From Macrostomum lignano (Eukaryota), in assembly GCA_002269645.1 (NCBI GenBank), contig NIVC01001913.1:1-64000 (forward strand): a stretch of 64,000 bases of DNA, read 5' to 3'. Made by a program: the position numbers and the translations under genes. Every line of letters begins with the position of its first letter. Position 1 is the stretch's first letter. Positions 28,715 to 42,300 of this stretch are shown here, one piece after another. Below the pieces are notes generated by a model that did no database searches, was not told the origin of the DNA, and saw only the letters and a program-made list of their open reading frames with translations.

Positions 28715-29283
28715 ACCTACTACATCCTTGTAAACCTACAACATCCTTGTAAACCTACCACATCCTTGTAAACCTACCACATCCTTGTAAACCTACCACA
28801 TCCTTGTAAACCTACCACATCCTTGTAAACCTACCACATCCTTGTAAACCTACCACATCCTTGTAAACCTACCACATCCTTGTAAACCTACTACATCCTT
28901 GTAAACCTACCACATCCTTGTAAACCTACTACATCCTTACAAACCTACCACATCCTTTTAAACCTACCACATTCTTGCAAACCTTACCACATCCTTGTAA
29001 ACCTACCACATCCTTACAAACCTACCACATCCTTTTAAACCTACCACATTCTTGCAAACCTACCACATCCTTGTAAACCTACCACATTCTTGCAAACCTA
29101 CCACATCCTTACAAACCTATCACATCCTTGTAAACCTACCACATCCTTGTAAACCTACCACATTCTTGCAAACCTACCACATCCTTACAAACCTATCACA
29201 TCCTTGTAAACCTACCACATTCTTGCAAACCTACCACATCCTTGCAAATCTACCACATCCTTGCAAACCTACTACATCCTTGT
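28715..29283. repeat. 19-bp minisatellite (ACCACATCCTTGTAAACCT)
   Basis: Tandem units with point variants. Confidence 0.92.
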
Positions 29284-29846
29284 ACTCCAGAACCGTGAGC
29301 AGCAACATCCCCTCGTACGCATGCGAAGCCAGACTCAAAACATGGCAGATTCGAATGCAGATGAGGATTTGTCCAACAAGCCCCTTCAACACACGCCCGG
29401 AGCCCTGTCAGATGCACGAATCCCAATTGCAAAGCTTCTCCGGCCGGAGCCCCAATGCTCATCGGGGAAGTCACACTAATCCCGCTGTTTGCAAATAATT
29501 AACAAAAAATCAGCTTGGCAAACATCCAGAGACCAATTTGGGCAGCCAGGCTAACTGCATCATCTCCTTATCTAATCTACAAAGCCAGCAGGTGTTCCCC
29601 CCGACCGCTGGGATTACCTATCCGAGGGAACAGGATGGGAAAATCGCCAAGTTGTTGACTCAAATTGTAGCCGTCTTGACACGCCTTCATTATGGCCGCC
29701 CCAGTGAGGCATGAATAATGACTGGAAACCGTCTGGCCAGCTTTGCCTCAGCAATGCGTTAATAAATAACCCGTACTACTGATCTCGGCCAGCAAGAGTA
29801 ATTGAACCAGTGGTAAATATTGACCGCTATTATATGCATGCCTTAC

Positions 29847-29959
29847 CTGTCAATGCTGATGGCCACTAAGTTGAGAATTGAGGCCGTGCTGAATAATGCG
29901 TCACACATAATCCACAGGTCGCACAGGGTGTCGGAGAAATCCCAGTGGCCGTTGCGTAC
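29847..29959 (-). CDS. DRD2: D2-like dopamine receptor, exon 2 (ECL1-TM3-DRY)
   Basis: Acceptor ttgccag|GTA (phase 0). Reads VRNGHWDFSDTLCDLWIMCDALFSTASILNLVAISID(R), including the amine-binding Asp in TM3. Donor GACAG|GTAAG (phase 2). Confidence 0.9.
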
Positions 29960-30164
29960 CTGGCAATAAAATTGTGGGGTGGAGGGGGCGAGTTTCCATT
30001 CAAGCTCAGGGATTTTAGATGCCAATTTCCGCTGAATGAATGAGACTTCGGTAATGAGCTTAATAAGAGCTGCATATCTATGCGAAAGGTATCTAAGGAG
30101 TTGCTGTGAGGCAGAAGCCCTTAAAGCGGCATTGCACACTAAATACGGAGTCTTTCTAAAGCAG

Positions 30165-31297
30165 TGTGCACTATTGCTACAGAGCTTCTATGGTCCAGTG
30201 TACACCAATGCTACAGAGCTTCTATGGTCCACTGTGCTCCAATGCTACACAGATTCTATGGTCCAGTGTGCACCAATGCTACAGAGCTTCTATGGTCCAC
30301 TGTGCTCCAATGCTACAGAGCTTCTATGGTCAAGTGTACACCAATGCTACAGAGCTTCTATGGTCCACTGTGCTCCAATGCTACAGAGCTTCTATGGTCA
30401 AGTGTACACCAATGCTACAGAGCTTCTAAGGTCCAGTGTGCACCAATGCTACAGAGCTTCTATGGTCAAGTGTACACCAATGCTACAGAGCTTCTATGGT
30501 CCAGTGTACACCAATGCTACAGAGCTTCTAAGGTCCAGTGTGCACCAATGCTACACAGATTCTATGGTCCAGTGTACACCAATGCTACACAGATTCTATG
30601 GTCCAGTGTGCACCAATGCTACACAGATTCTATGGTCCAGTGTACACCAATGCTACACAGATTCTATGGTCCAGTGTACACCAATGCTACACAGATTCTA
30701 TGGTCCAGTGTGCACCAATGCTACATAGATTCTATGGTCCAGTGTGCACTAATGCTACACAGATTCTATGGTCCAGTGTGCACTAATGCTACATAGATTC
30801 TATGGTCCAGTGTGCACTAATGCTACATAGATTCTATGGTCCAGTGTGCACTAATGCTACACAGATTCTATGGTCCAGTGTGCATCAATGCTACATAGAT
30901 TCTATGGTCCAGTGTGCACCAATGCTACACAGATTCTATGGTCCAGTGTGCACCAATGCTACACAGATTCTATGGTCCAGTGTGCACCAATGCTACACAG
31001 ATTCTATGGTCCAGTGTGCACCAATGCTACACAGATTCTATGGTCCAGTGTGCACCAATGCTACACAGATTCTATGGTCCAGTGTGCACCAATGCTACAC
31101 AGATTCTATGGTCCAGTGTGCACCAATGCTACACAGATTCTATGGTCCAGTGTACACCAATGCTACATAGATTCTATGGTCCAGTGTACACCAATGCTAC
31201 ATAGATTCTATTATCCAGTGTGCACTAATGCTACATAGATTCTATGGTCCAGTGTGCACTAATGCTACATAGATTCTATGGTCCAGTGTGCACCAAT
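30165..31297. repeat. 34-bp minisatellite (CTATGGTCCAGTGTGCACCAATGCTACACAGATT)
   Basis: About 33 tandem units, with a gradient of variants from AGAGCT to ACAGAT to ATAGAT. Confidence 0.95.
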
Positions 31298-32109
31298 GCG
31301 GCATTTGCTAAGAAAGTCATCTAGTTGCCACCCACGCAGGTTAATTAAATGCACAACCAGCCGATCAGATTGTCGTCATTTCATCCCGCTGGCGCCATAA
31401 ATCATTGTGCCAGCCCTTCCCCCATAACCGAATTGACAGGTGAAGCTCTGGCACTCCCCAGACTGAGTGTCGGTGAATTTCTGTCAAGGTATACGTTTTG
31501 TGAGCGCATGAGAGACAGAGATGGACGTTGAGCTTCGTTTGGGAGCAACAGACAGTCTTGCGTGGGCTTTAGAGACGTCAGTTTCCGGGGGTTGGGGTGT
31601 AGCGGGACCAGCTCACAGGAGAACAACCGATAGGCAATCAAGATTAAGTGGGAGCGGAGCAGGGCCACACTGCGGTGGCGCCACAGCGTCCTTACAATTC
31701 TTTTCTCCCTCGCACACCCCACCCACCGGGGCTGATTGCAGGCTCCGTGCAAACTTTTCCTTTGCTCAATTATTCATCCCCAAGCAAGCACGAACAAGCT
31801 TGGAGCAAAAAATTAATGGTGGGCACCGCCGCGGGTCGTGTGGAGGGTGGGGGGGGGGGCGGCGACAGACGGAGGTGAATTTTTTTTGACAAGGAGGCTG
31901 CGACTCCGAGGGCTGCAGGAATGCATTTACCGAACAAGGGGCTACTATTGTTGACTTAACAAGACAGATGTATCATGCAGCTGAAATACAGTAGTTGTGA
32001 GGCTGAGCAATACTGCATTGTTACAGCAATTCAGTGTGCGCCTTTCAGACTTTGGGACTGGGTAAAGTCTTGCGGACTTATGCATGGCTCCATGCACTCT
32101 TAGTCATAG

Positions 32110-33925
32110 ATTAGCAATCCATTCTAATCCTAATATTTCAATGACTATAAGTTAGCAATTTATTCTAATCCTCATATTTATAGACTATAGATTAGCAATC
32201 CATCTTAATCCTCATATTTATAGACTATAGATTAGCAATCCATTTTAATCCTCATATTCATAGACTATAGATTAGCAATCCATTTTAATCCTCATATTCA
32301 TAGACTATACATTAGCAATCCATTCTAATCCTTATATTCACAGACTATAGATTAGCAATCCATTCTAATCCTTATCTATAGACTATAGATTAGCAATCCA
32401 TTCTAATCCTTATATTCATAGACTATAGATTAGCAATCCATTCTAATCCTTATCTATAGACTATAGATTAGCAATCCATTCTAATCCTTATATTCATAGA
32501 CTATAGATTAGCAATCCATTCTAATCCTTATATTCATAGACTATAGATTAGCAGTCCATTCTAATCCTTATATTCATAGACTATAGATTAGCAGTCCATT
32601 CTAATCCTTATATTCATAGACTATAGATTAGCAGTCCATTCTAATCCTTATATTCATAGACTATAGATTAGCAATCCATTCTAATCCTTATATTCACAGA
32701 CTATAGATTAGCAGTCCATTCTAATCCTTATATTCATAGACTATAGATTAGCTATCCATTTTAATCCTCATATTCATAGACTATACATTAGCAATCCATT
32801 CTAATCCTTATATTCACAGACTATAGATTAGCAATCCATTCTAATCCTCATATTCACAGACTATAGATTAGCAATCCATTCTAATCCTTATATTCATAGA
32901 CTATAGATTAGCAGTCCATTCTAATCCTTATATTCATAGACTATAGATTAGCAGTCCATTCTAATCCTTATATTCATAGACTATAGATTAGCAATCCATT
33001 CTAATCCTCATATTCACAGACTATAGATTAGCAATCCATTCTAATCCTTATATTCATAGACTATAGATTAGCAATCCATTCTAATCCTTATATTCATAGA
33101 CTATAGATTAGCAGTCCATTCTAATCCTTATATTCATAGACTATAGATTAGCAGTCCATTCTAATCCTTATATTCATAGACTATAGATTAGCAATCCATT
33201 CTAATCCTTATATTCATAGACTATAGATTAGCAGTCCATTCTAATCCTTATATTCATAGACTATAGATTAGCAATCCATTCTAATCCTTATATTCATAGA
33301 CTATACATTAGCAATCCATTCTAATCCTTATATTCATAGACTATAGATTAGCAGTCCATTCTAATCCTTATATTCATAGACTATAGATTAGCAGTCCATT
33401 CTAATCCTTATATTCATAGACTATAGATTAGCAGTCCATTCTAATCCTTATATTCATAGACTATAGATTAGCAGTCCATTCTAATCCTTATATTCATAGA
33501 CTATAGATTAGCAGTCCATTCTAATCCTTATATTCATAGACTATAGATTAGCAATCCATTCTAATCCTTATATTCATAGACTATAGATTAGCAGTCCATT
33601 CTAATCCTTATATTCATAGACTATAGATTAGCAATCCATTCTAATCCTTATATTCATAGACTATACATTAGCAATCCATTCTAATCCTTATATTCATAGA
33701 CTATAGATTAGCAGTCCATTCTAATCCTTATATTCATAGACTATAGATTAGCAGTCCATTCTAATCCTTATATTCATAGACTATACATTAGCAATCCATT
33801 CTAATCCTTATATTCATAGACTATAGATTAGCAGTCCATTCTAATCCTTATATTCATAGACTATAGATTAGCAGTCCATTCTAATCCTTATATTCATAGA
33901 CTATAGATTAGCAGTCCATTCTATA
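32110..33925. repeat. 40-bp minisatellite (AGATTAGCAATCCATTCTAATCCTTATATTCATAGACTAT)
   Basis: About 45 tandem units with no spacers. Confidence 0.96.
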
Positions 33926-35171
33926 GGTAATTAATTTGCACCGGAGATGGCATGCAATCTATCAGTACTGTGAAATATTCAACTCCCTTTCAAGCGAGAG
34001 CACCAGTAATTTAGAAAGCGGTCATTGGCGTATAGTGACAGAACACGAGCTAGCACCAGAGATTGTGTTATAGAAGGCTGCCCTTGAGCTGCTGCCCCAA
34101 CTCTAAAGAAAGATTTCTTTACTATTAATTTTTTTGAGCAATCAGAATCGCCGACATCTGCGCAGCGGTAGTGGCAAAAGCGGCAGGCACCTGGCAACCC
34201 TTTGATTTCGTAGAATGCAGTGACAACACACTGCGGCCGCGCAGACAACCCCATAGAAGTTTTGGTTGCGTGGTTCTCGCCAGAGTTCTTTTAATACGTC
34301 TCTCTCTCTCCCTCTCTCTCTCTCTCTCCCTCTCTCTCCCCCTCCAGTCCAGGTTTGCTGCGGTGTGGACTGCTGACCCCGCACCCGGTCCCTAGGCGGA
34401 AGCTGGCGTCAAAGAACCGGCAGGAGTCGCGGGGAGTCCAGCAGCAGACCCGGCATTCAAAAAGAAGAAACTCCCTTTTCAGAAAGCGGGGAAGCAGGCA
34501 TCTCGATCTGCCCCCGCTGCTGTATCCATCTTGGCCTCTCTTTCTCTTGTGTATCAGCAAACTCGTTCAGGGCTCTCCCTTCTCTTTATACGTCTGGCGC
34601 CAGGGGCACAGCGGGGAACCTCGGCCGCCTTATTGCTTGAGCACCCCCGACCAGCGCTTTCTATCCTTCTCAGCCGCTGATTTCTTATTTTCCAATATCT
34701 GCCAACCCGCTCTCTCTCTCTCTCTCTCTCTCTCTGAACGTCTGCACCTGAGTAAAAATTTAATTTCTCTCTGACTGAAGTCTTCTTACTCCTCTTAGAG
34801 ACTGTGACGACGCGCCAAGGAAAAAAGTGCACAAAGTCCAATACGGAGGGTGACGGATATAGTGTACCCAATAATAGGACTCTCTCAGCTAAGACCTCGA
34901 ACTCTCAGGCTAGAAAAAGTCCTCAATCTACATGACAGCCCCAAAAACATTGATTTCGAGGCCGAGGCAAACTAACAAATTGAATTCTGCTATTCGATAC
35001 AGAAAACTCGATTCTGTCTCGGACTTTTTGAATTTATAATTACTCGTAACTGGACTAGCGCCAACTCAGCTTTTCGGATTTTGTTTTGCAAAACTTTCCG
35101 AACTGCTCGATTCCCACTGACAGATGATCTCTCCCATCTCCTAAACTATTTGACAGTTTCTGTCCTATTGA

Positions 35172-36178
35172 AATAGATTAGCAATCCATTCTATTCCTAA
35201 CCCACATGCCATAGATTAGCAATCCATTCTATTCCTAACCCACATGCCATAGATTAGCAATCCATTCTATTCCTAACCCACACGCCATAGATTAGCAATC
35301 CATTCTATTCCTAACCCACATGCCATAGATTAGCAATCCATTCCATTCCTAACCCACACGCCATAGATTAGCAATCCATTCTATTCCTAACCCACATGCC
35401 ATAAATTAGCAATCCATTCTATTCCTAACCCACACGCCATAGATTAGCAATCCATTCTATTCCTAACCCACACGCCATAGATTAGCAATCCATTCTATTC
35501 CTAACCCACATGCCATAGATTAGCAATCCATTCTATTCCTAACCTACATGCCATAGATTAGCAATCCATTCTTTTCCTAACCCACATGCCACAGATTAGC
35601 AATCCATTCTATTCCTAACCCACATGCCATAGATTAGCAATCCATTCTATTCCTAACCCACACGCCATAGATTAGCAATCCATTCTATTCCTAACCCACA
35701 CGCCATAGATTAGCAATCCATTCTATTCCTAACCCACATGCCATAGATTAGCAATCCATTCTATTCCTAACCCACATGCCATAGATTAGCAATCCATTCT
35801 ATTCCTAACCCACATGCCATAGATTAGCAATCCATTCTATTCCTAACCCACATGCCATAGATTAGCAATCCATTCTATTCCTAACCCACATGCCATAGAT
35901 TAGCAATCCATTCTATTCCTAACCCACATGCCATAGATTAGCAATCCATTCTATTCCTAACCCACATGCCATAGATTAGCAATCCATTCCATTCCTAACC
36001 CACACGCCATAGATTAGCAATCCATTATATTCCTAACCCACACGCCATAGATTAGCAATCCATTATATTCCTAACCCACACGCCATAGATTAGCAATCCA
36101 TTCTATTCCGAACCCACACGCCATAGATTAGCAATCCATTATATTCCTAACCCACACGTCATAGATTAGCAATCCATC
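35172..36178. repeat. 38-bp minisatellite (AATCCATTCTATTCCTAACCCACATGCCATAGATTAGC)
   Basis: About 26 units; shares the core ATAGATTAGCAATCCATTCTA.TCCT with the 40-mer array. Confidence 0.95.
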
Positions 36179-36728
36179 TTTCTCAGTCAGCTGACTATTT
36201 GGTGCTAGAGACTCTCAGAATTTATAAGACTGCTGATCCAAATAAAGCATTAAGTAGCCAGACAGACTCACCCAGCTAACTGTGGTCCGCTGTCTGCCAT
36301 TCAGTTCGGAAGCAATAATTTACTGAGAATTGGGGAGCCAGCGAATTCCCCAGCATCTCAATTCTCGCCCCGTGACGTCTCGCTTACCCTCAGAAACTTC
36401 TCCTTAGGAGCTGAAACTAGTTGATAGCTCCAAGCCTTCCTCTTCTATTCCTCTTTCCCCAAACCTCCCCTCTCCTGTGCCGTTTGTGTTTTCAACCTTC
36501 GTTGTTGCCAAAGGATTCCACGATCAGAAATGTCCACGCTTGGATAATCGGCTTAGCCAAAAGAAACTCGGAGACGTGTCTGGCAACTCACCCCTAGGCC
36601 TCATCGCTTGTTGTGACTCGATTCGAGTGAATCCTGCCCTGCCCAACCGCTCCCATACCGGGGCTTGCAAAATGCACTTGAAAGATTCGCGTGGATAATG
36701 ATAATTTGCTTACCGAGTGGGCACTGGC

Positions 36729-36960
<232 letters not shown>

Positions 36961-37546
36961 CTAGGCTTTAGCACCAGGGGCTTTAGCACCAGGGGCTTTA
37001 GCACCAGGGCTTTAGCACCAGGGGCTTTAGCACCAGGGGCTTTAGCACCAGGGGCTTTAGCACCAGGGGCTTTAGCACCAGGGGCTTTAGCACCAGGGGC
37101 TTTAGCACCAGGGGCTTTAGCACCAGGGGCTTTAGCACCAGGGGCTTTAGCACCAGGGGCTTTAGCACCAGGGGCTTTAGCACCAGGGGCTTTAGCACCA
37201 GGGGCTTTAGCACCAGGGGCTTTAGCACCAGGGGCTTTAGCACCAGGGGCTTTAGCACCAGGGGCTTTAGCACCAGGGGCTTTAGCACCAGGGGCTTTAG
37301 CACCAGGGGCTTTAGCACCAGGGGCTTTAGCACCAGGGGCTTTAGCACCAGGGGCTTTAGCACCAGGGGCTTTAGCACCAGGGGCTTTAGCACCAGGGGC
37401 TTTAGCACCAGGGGCTTTAGCACCAGGGGCTTTAGCACCAGGGGCTTTAGCACCAGGGGCGCCAAAGCCGCTGCAGCGAGGCGCAATAAACTTATTGGGC
37501 CCACACCCATGACTACGCCCCTGAACTGTTTTAAACCTGATTTTAT
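36961..37546. repeat. Dispersed element copy A: ~33 x 15-bp (GGGGCTTTAGCACCA) array plus ~85-bp unique tail
   Basis: The tail GCGCCAAAGCC.CTGCAGCG.GGCGCAATAAACTTAT.GGGCCCACACCCATGACTACGCCCCTGAACTGTTTTAAAC.TGATTTTAT is shared with 38848-39075. Confidence 0.88.
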
Positions 37547-37620
37547 CCATCTATCCATCTATCCATCTATCCATCTATCCATCTATCCATCTATCCATCT
37601 ATCCATCTATCCATCTATCC

Positions 37621-37683
<63 letters not shown>

Positions 37684-37684
37684 C

Positions 37685-37769
<85 letters not shown>

Positions 37770-37770
37770 C

Positions 37771-37830
<60 letters not shown>
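37547..37830. repeat. (TCCA)n/(TCTA)n microsatellite
   Basis: Read directly from the sequence. Confidence 0.93.
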
Positions 37831-38182
37831 TGCCAGGAGCTGCACCGGAGCGGTTACGAAAATTAGATTTCTCGGTAGTTGCTCGCACTCTTTTGCACTA
37901 CTTGAGTAGTCTGATTTTCGAACGGCAGGCTGGTTCCAGCAGGTAGTTCCTCTGGATAAAAGCGCTTACCGCGCCCATTGGCTTTCCAGCTGCCTTAATC
38001 GTTTCCGGTGATCTTGTGTGCGTGCATTCAGCTTGATTGGCTGCGGCAAGCAAGCTCGAAAGAGCTCGCTTCGCTCGCTCTTTCTCGCTATCTACTATCT
38101 ATCTATATATCTATCCATCTATCTATCTATGGACATAAAATAGAATATCATAATGTAGAGAACGGGACTTCATCGGCCTCAC

Positions 38183-38644
38183 CTCTACATAAACAGACAC
38201 TGGCATGACGATCGCAGCCACCAGGATGTCGGCAAACGCCAGCGACACAATGAAATAATTGGTGACGCTCTGCAGTCCTCGCTCTCTGTACACAGCCAGC
38301 ACCACCAGGATGTTGCCAAAGATGGTGAACACCGGCACCAGGAACATGATCAGCACCCAGTACCGATTCTCCATCGCAGTTTTTTCATCGAACTCGTCGG
38401 TGCCGTTGCCATGGTGACTAGAATTGCCGACTGACGACGACGACAGCGATGTGCCGTTGAGAAGCCAGTCGGCAGCAACGGCGGCTGCGGCGGCTGCGGC
38501 CCCGGCTGGACTGGCGGAGCCGCCGGCACTCGAAGCTGCGGCGCCAGCAGCCGCAGCACCGGCGGCGGCCCTGGAAGCGTTCTGGGCGCCATTGCGAAGA
38601 TCCCGCAGAGCCCGCAGCAGCACAGTTCGATCTGCCTCTGTCAT
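38183..38644 (-). CDS. DRD2: D2-like dopamine receptor, exon 1 (N-terminus, TM1-TM2)
   Basis: ATG at 38644; Ala-rich N-terminus with N-glycosylation sequons, then [61 protein letters not shown]. Donor GAG|GTGAG (phase 0). The four exons total 1850 nt, or 617 codons if one missing base is restored. Confidence 0.9.
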
Positions 38645-38847
38645 TCAGGCAGGCGAGCCGGAGACAAGCAGCTTAGATTGGTTTGATTCACTCGCTTCGG
38701 CTCGTAGGGGACGGCTGGTATCCACTGCAGGCTCACCTTGAAATGTTCGGGGACGATCTACTACTTTAAAGAAGAAATTGATCCGATTGTCCGTGCGCTG
38801 AAGATTAGTTTAGTTGCGAGTGTTTTCTCGCGATAGCGCTGCCTCCC

Positions 38848-39075
38848 ACGGGGCTTTAGCACCAGTGGCGCGAGCACCAGGGGCTTTAGCACCAGGGGCT
38901 TTAGCATCAGGGGCTTCAGCACCAGGGGCTTTAGCACCAGGGGCTTTAGCATCAGGGGCTTCAGCACCAGTGGCGCCAGCACCAGGGGCGCCAAAGCCAC
39001 TGCAGCGGGGCGCAATAAACTTATGGGGCCCACACCCATGACTACGCCCCTGAACTGTTTTAAACTTGATTTTAT
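38848..39075. repeat. Dispersed element copy B: ~9 degenerate 15-mers plus the same unique tail as copy A
   Basis: Direct repeat of 36961-37546 with a much shorter array. Confidence 0.85.
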
Positions 39076-40086
39076 GACGCCATGCAACACGCAGGGCCCT
39101 GTAATTTTTCTATCATAGTAGCAGCGGTTTTGATCAATCCTGCAGCTTCTGTATTGAAGCAGCGGCATTCCAGATTTAGCTGCAGATCTTACAAGATCCC
39201 AGGAGAGGTGGATGGGGGGAGCTCAGAAAGATCAGCAAGAAATGTTCGACTTCGAGTGCTGCACCCCTATATATAGAAGGAAGCAGAAGGCAGAAGAAAG
39301 AAAAGAACGAAAAGCAAGAGAGGAGTGCAATCATTGCAATTGCCCTGCTTTGAGGCAGCCGTGAGGAGGTTGAAGAGGCCAAAATGCCTTGGAAAAATGC
39401 AAATTCATCTGTCATTGCGACCCGAGATGCGAAGCACCAAGGTCGCCTCCGTCTCTCTCCCCATCTCTCTCTCTCTCTCTCTCCCTCTCCCTCTATCCTC
39501 TACGCTCGTATTGGTTTTCAGTCCGCGGTACCCCGTGCAGGCAGTGGATTCCCCAGCGATCATTAGGCCACTATCACTCCTCGTCCATGCAGTTTCAGCG
39601 GCCCTGATTGAGGGGAGGGCGATCCGCTCTCAAGAAATTCCTGAGCCGAACTCTCTGACGAGGGGAGGGGGGGTCAAATTGACGGGTCCCCCCCCAGCTG
39701 CCTTCAAGTTTGTCTGGCGCGCAACTTTCCAAGCTGTTTATTTGTCCAGCTTTGATATTCAGCTGCGACTCCGCGGGACCCGAACTGGGTGTGGCAGACG
39801 TAGACATCAATCTAGAACAACAGATTTTTCCTTGTAGTTGATGTCGAGCAGCAAAATAGGGCATCGAATTTCAGATTCCTGATTCAGCAGCCGATAAGAT
39901 GCTTCAAAAATCAGAAATCAAGCAATGCTTTAAAGGGGAATCCTTCTCAAGGATGCAAGGAGAAATAAAGCTTTAAAAGCATCCCGACTGATTGAGTTCC
40001 AGATTCGGCGACTGACGAGATCTTGAGTTGACAAGGGCTTTTGCTCTTCGCTTCAATTCAGCCGAATGAAACACCGGTTTGCTCGC

Positions 40087-40710
40087 TCATAAACTCACTC
40101 ATGAACTCACTCATGAACTCACTCATGAACTCACTCATGAACTCACTCATGAACTCACTCATGAACTCACTCATTAACTCACTCATGAACTCACTCATTA
40201 ACTCATTCATGAACTCACTCATGAACTCACTCATAAACTCACTCATGAACTCACTCATGAACTCACTCATGAACTCACTCATGAACTCACTCATGAACTC
40301 ACTCATGAACTCACTCATGAACTCACTCATGAACTCATTCATGAACTCACTCATGAACTCACTCATGAACTCACTCATGAACTCACTCATGAACTCATTC
40401 ATGAACTCACTCATGAACTCATTCATGAACTCACTCATGAACTCACTCATGAACTCACTCATGAACTCACTCATGAACTCACTCATGAACTCACTCATGA
40501 ACTCACTCATGAACTCACTCATGAACTCACTCATGAACTCACTCATGAACTCATTCATGAACTCACTCATGAACTCACTCATGAACTCACTCATGAACTC
40601 ACTCATGAACTCACTCATGAACTCATTCATGAACTCACTCATGAACTCACTCATGAACTCACTCATGAACTCACTCATAAAGTCACTCATTAACTCACTC
40701 ATGAACTCAA
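40087..40710 (-). repeat. 12-bp minisatellite (GAACTCACTCAT), reverse complement of the 27375-27790 unit
   Basis: Tandem units, with a degenerate extension to ~40910. Confidence 0.95.
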
Positions 40711-41847
40711 ATAATTGACTCAAATCCTGAACTCCCTGATGAACTCACTGATGAACTCACTGATGAACTCCCTGATGAACTCACTGATGAACTCACTGAT
40801 GAACTCACTCATGAATTCAAATCATGGACTAAACTCATGAACTTACTCAAAATCACTCATAAACTTAAATCATAAACTCATGAATTCACTCATGAAATCG
40901 TGGACTCATAAACTTGAGCACTTTATCCTTCAGCGCACCACAGTCCTCAGTAATTATCAGTATTTGCACTGCGGAGCAAAACTAAGGGAACTGCGACTCC
41001 TTCAACTGTATTGCATTTTTTCTGCTACACTAAAAATAAAAAAATCATATTGCTCTGGCTCACACGGCTGAGTACACACGGATGCATAGTTGCTGAACTC
41101 ACTCCACAACCCCAGCCACAAAAATTCTCGGCATCTGATACGATTCAGCCGGGAAGAACTGAAAAGAACTCAGCTCAAAGTTGAGCTGTTCTCTTCCCTC
41201 CCAATTCTTTAGCCTGCTAGTTTTTCCTGGCATTATCTTCGGTCTTAGGTCCCCAATATATTGGTATTGGGCCTTTTTCTCCCAATTTGCATTTACTCAA
41301 ATTGGCTTTGTGTGTGCCTGTCTCTGTGTGTGTTTTGCATTATTTCAGCACACAACAAACAGAGCGCCGGTGCCCTGAGCACACAGACAGATTTGTGAGC
41401 CGTGACAGATGTCCTGCAGGAATCCATGCCGGATGTCACTGGTTGCAGGATGACACACGGATTAGCGGGGGAAAACACCTGCTCAATATTGGAAACTAAT
41501 GTTCGGGCAGGCAGATGCTGTTGCTAGGAGAGACGTTTTTCAAGACAGTGACGGAAGCAACTCACTAGTTGCACTATCATACAATCCGGAGTCAATCATA
41601 GCAACCAATCATTGTACTTTTCGTCAATTTCGAGGTCAGCGGCGGTGCATTCCAACCTAAATTTGTTGAAGCTGATGCGCAGACACGCTTTCTTAGAAAC
41701 TAGTTTATTTAAATCGGTCACCTGATGCGTGTCTAGAGCGTGAGAATCGGCAAAATTGCATCTCAACTGAGCACAGGACACTAGTTGAGTAGCTGTACTG
41801 TACTATAGGCTACTAAGTCTTTTAAGCTAGATTATTTGAAGGAGTGG

Positions 41848-42300
41848 GTTTCACAACCGCGGAACTTCACAACCACGAAACTTCACAAACGCGAAACTTC
41901 ACAACCGCGAAACTTCACAAACGCGAAACTTCACAACCGCGGAACTTCACAACCGCGAAAATTCACAAACGCGAAACTTCACAAACGCGAAACTTCACAA
42001 CCGCGGAACTTCACAACCGCGAAAATTCACAAACGCGAAACTTCACAACCGCGAAACTTCACAACCGCGAAACTTCACAACCGCGAAACTTCACAAATGC
42101 GAAACTTCACAACCGCGGAACTTCACAACCGCAAAAATTCACAAACGCGAAACTTCACAACCACTAAATCTACTTTCACAACCGCGAAACTGCACAACCG
42201 CGAAACTTCACAAACGCTGAAAATTTTGCACTCACTTTCATGAACGGCAGGCATGTCTTTTTAGCGGTTGTGAAGTTTCGCTTTGGTGAAAGCAACCCGT
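41848..42300. repeat. 16-bp tandem array (ACAACCGCGAAACTTC) with one inverted unit at the right end
   Basis: Units at 41850-42215; GCGGTTGTGAAGTTTCGC at ~42264-42281 is the reverse complement of the unit. Confidence 0.8.

Noticed and set aside
34140-34870. GC-rich stretch with several 70-140-aa ORFs between the two sister minisatellites
   Set aside because: There is no recognisable protein similarity or consistent splice signals, and the ORFs are partly built from (CT)n runs.
26514-36178. 34-40-bp repeat arrays resembling CRISPR repeats in length
   Set aside because: The units are head-to-tail with no unique spacers, there are no cas genes, and they sit in introns of a eukaryotic GPCR gene.
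40737-40805. CTGATGA motifs suggestive of hammerhead ribozyme cores
   Set aside because: They are degenerate units of the 12-mer array, with no matching GAAA core or flanking stems.
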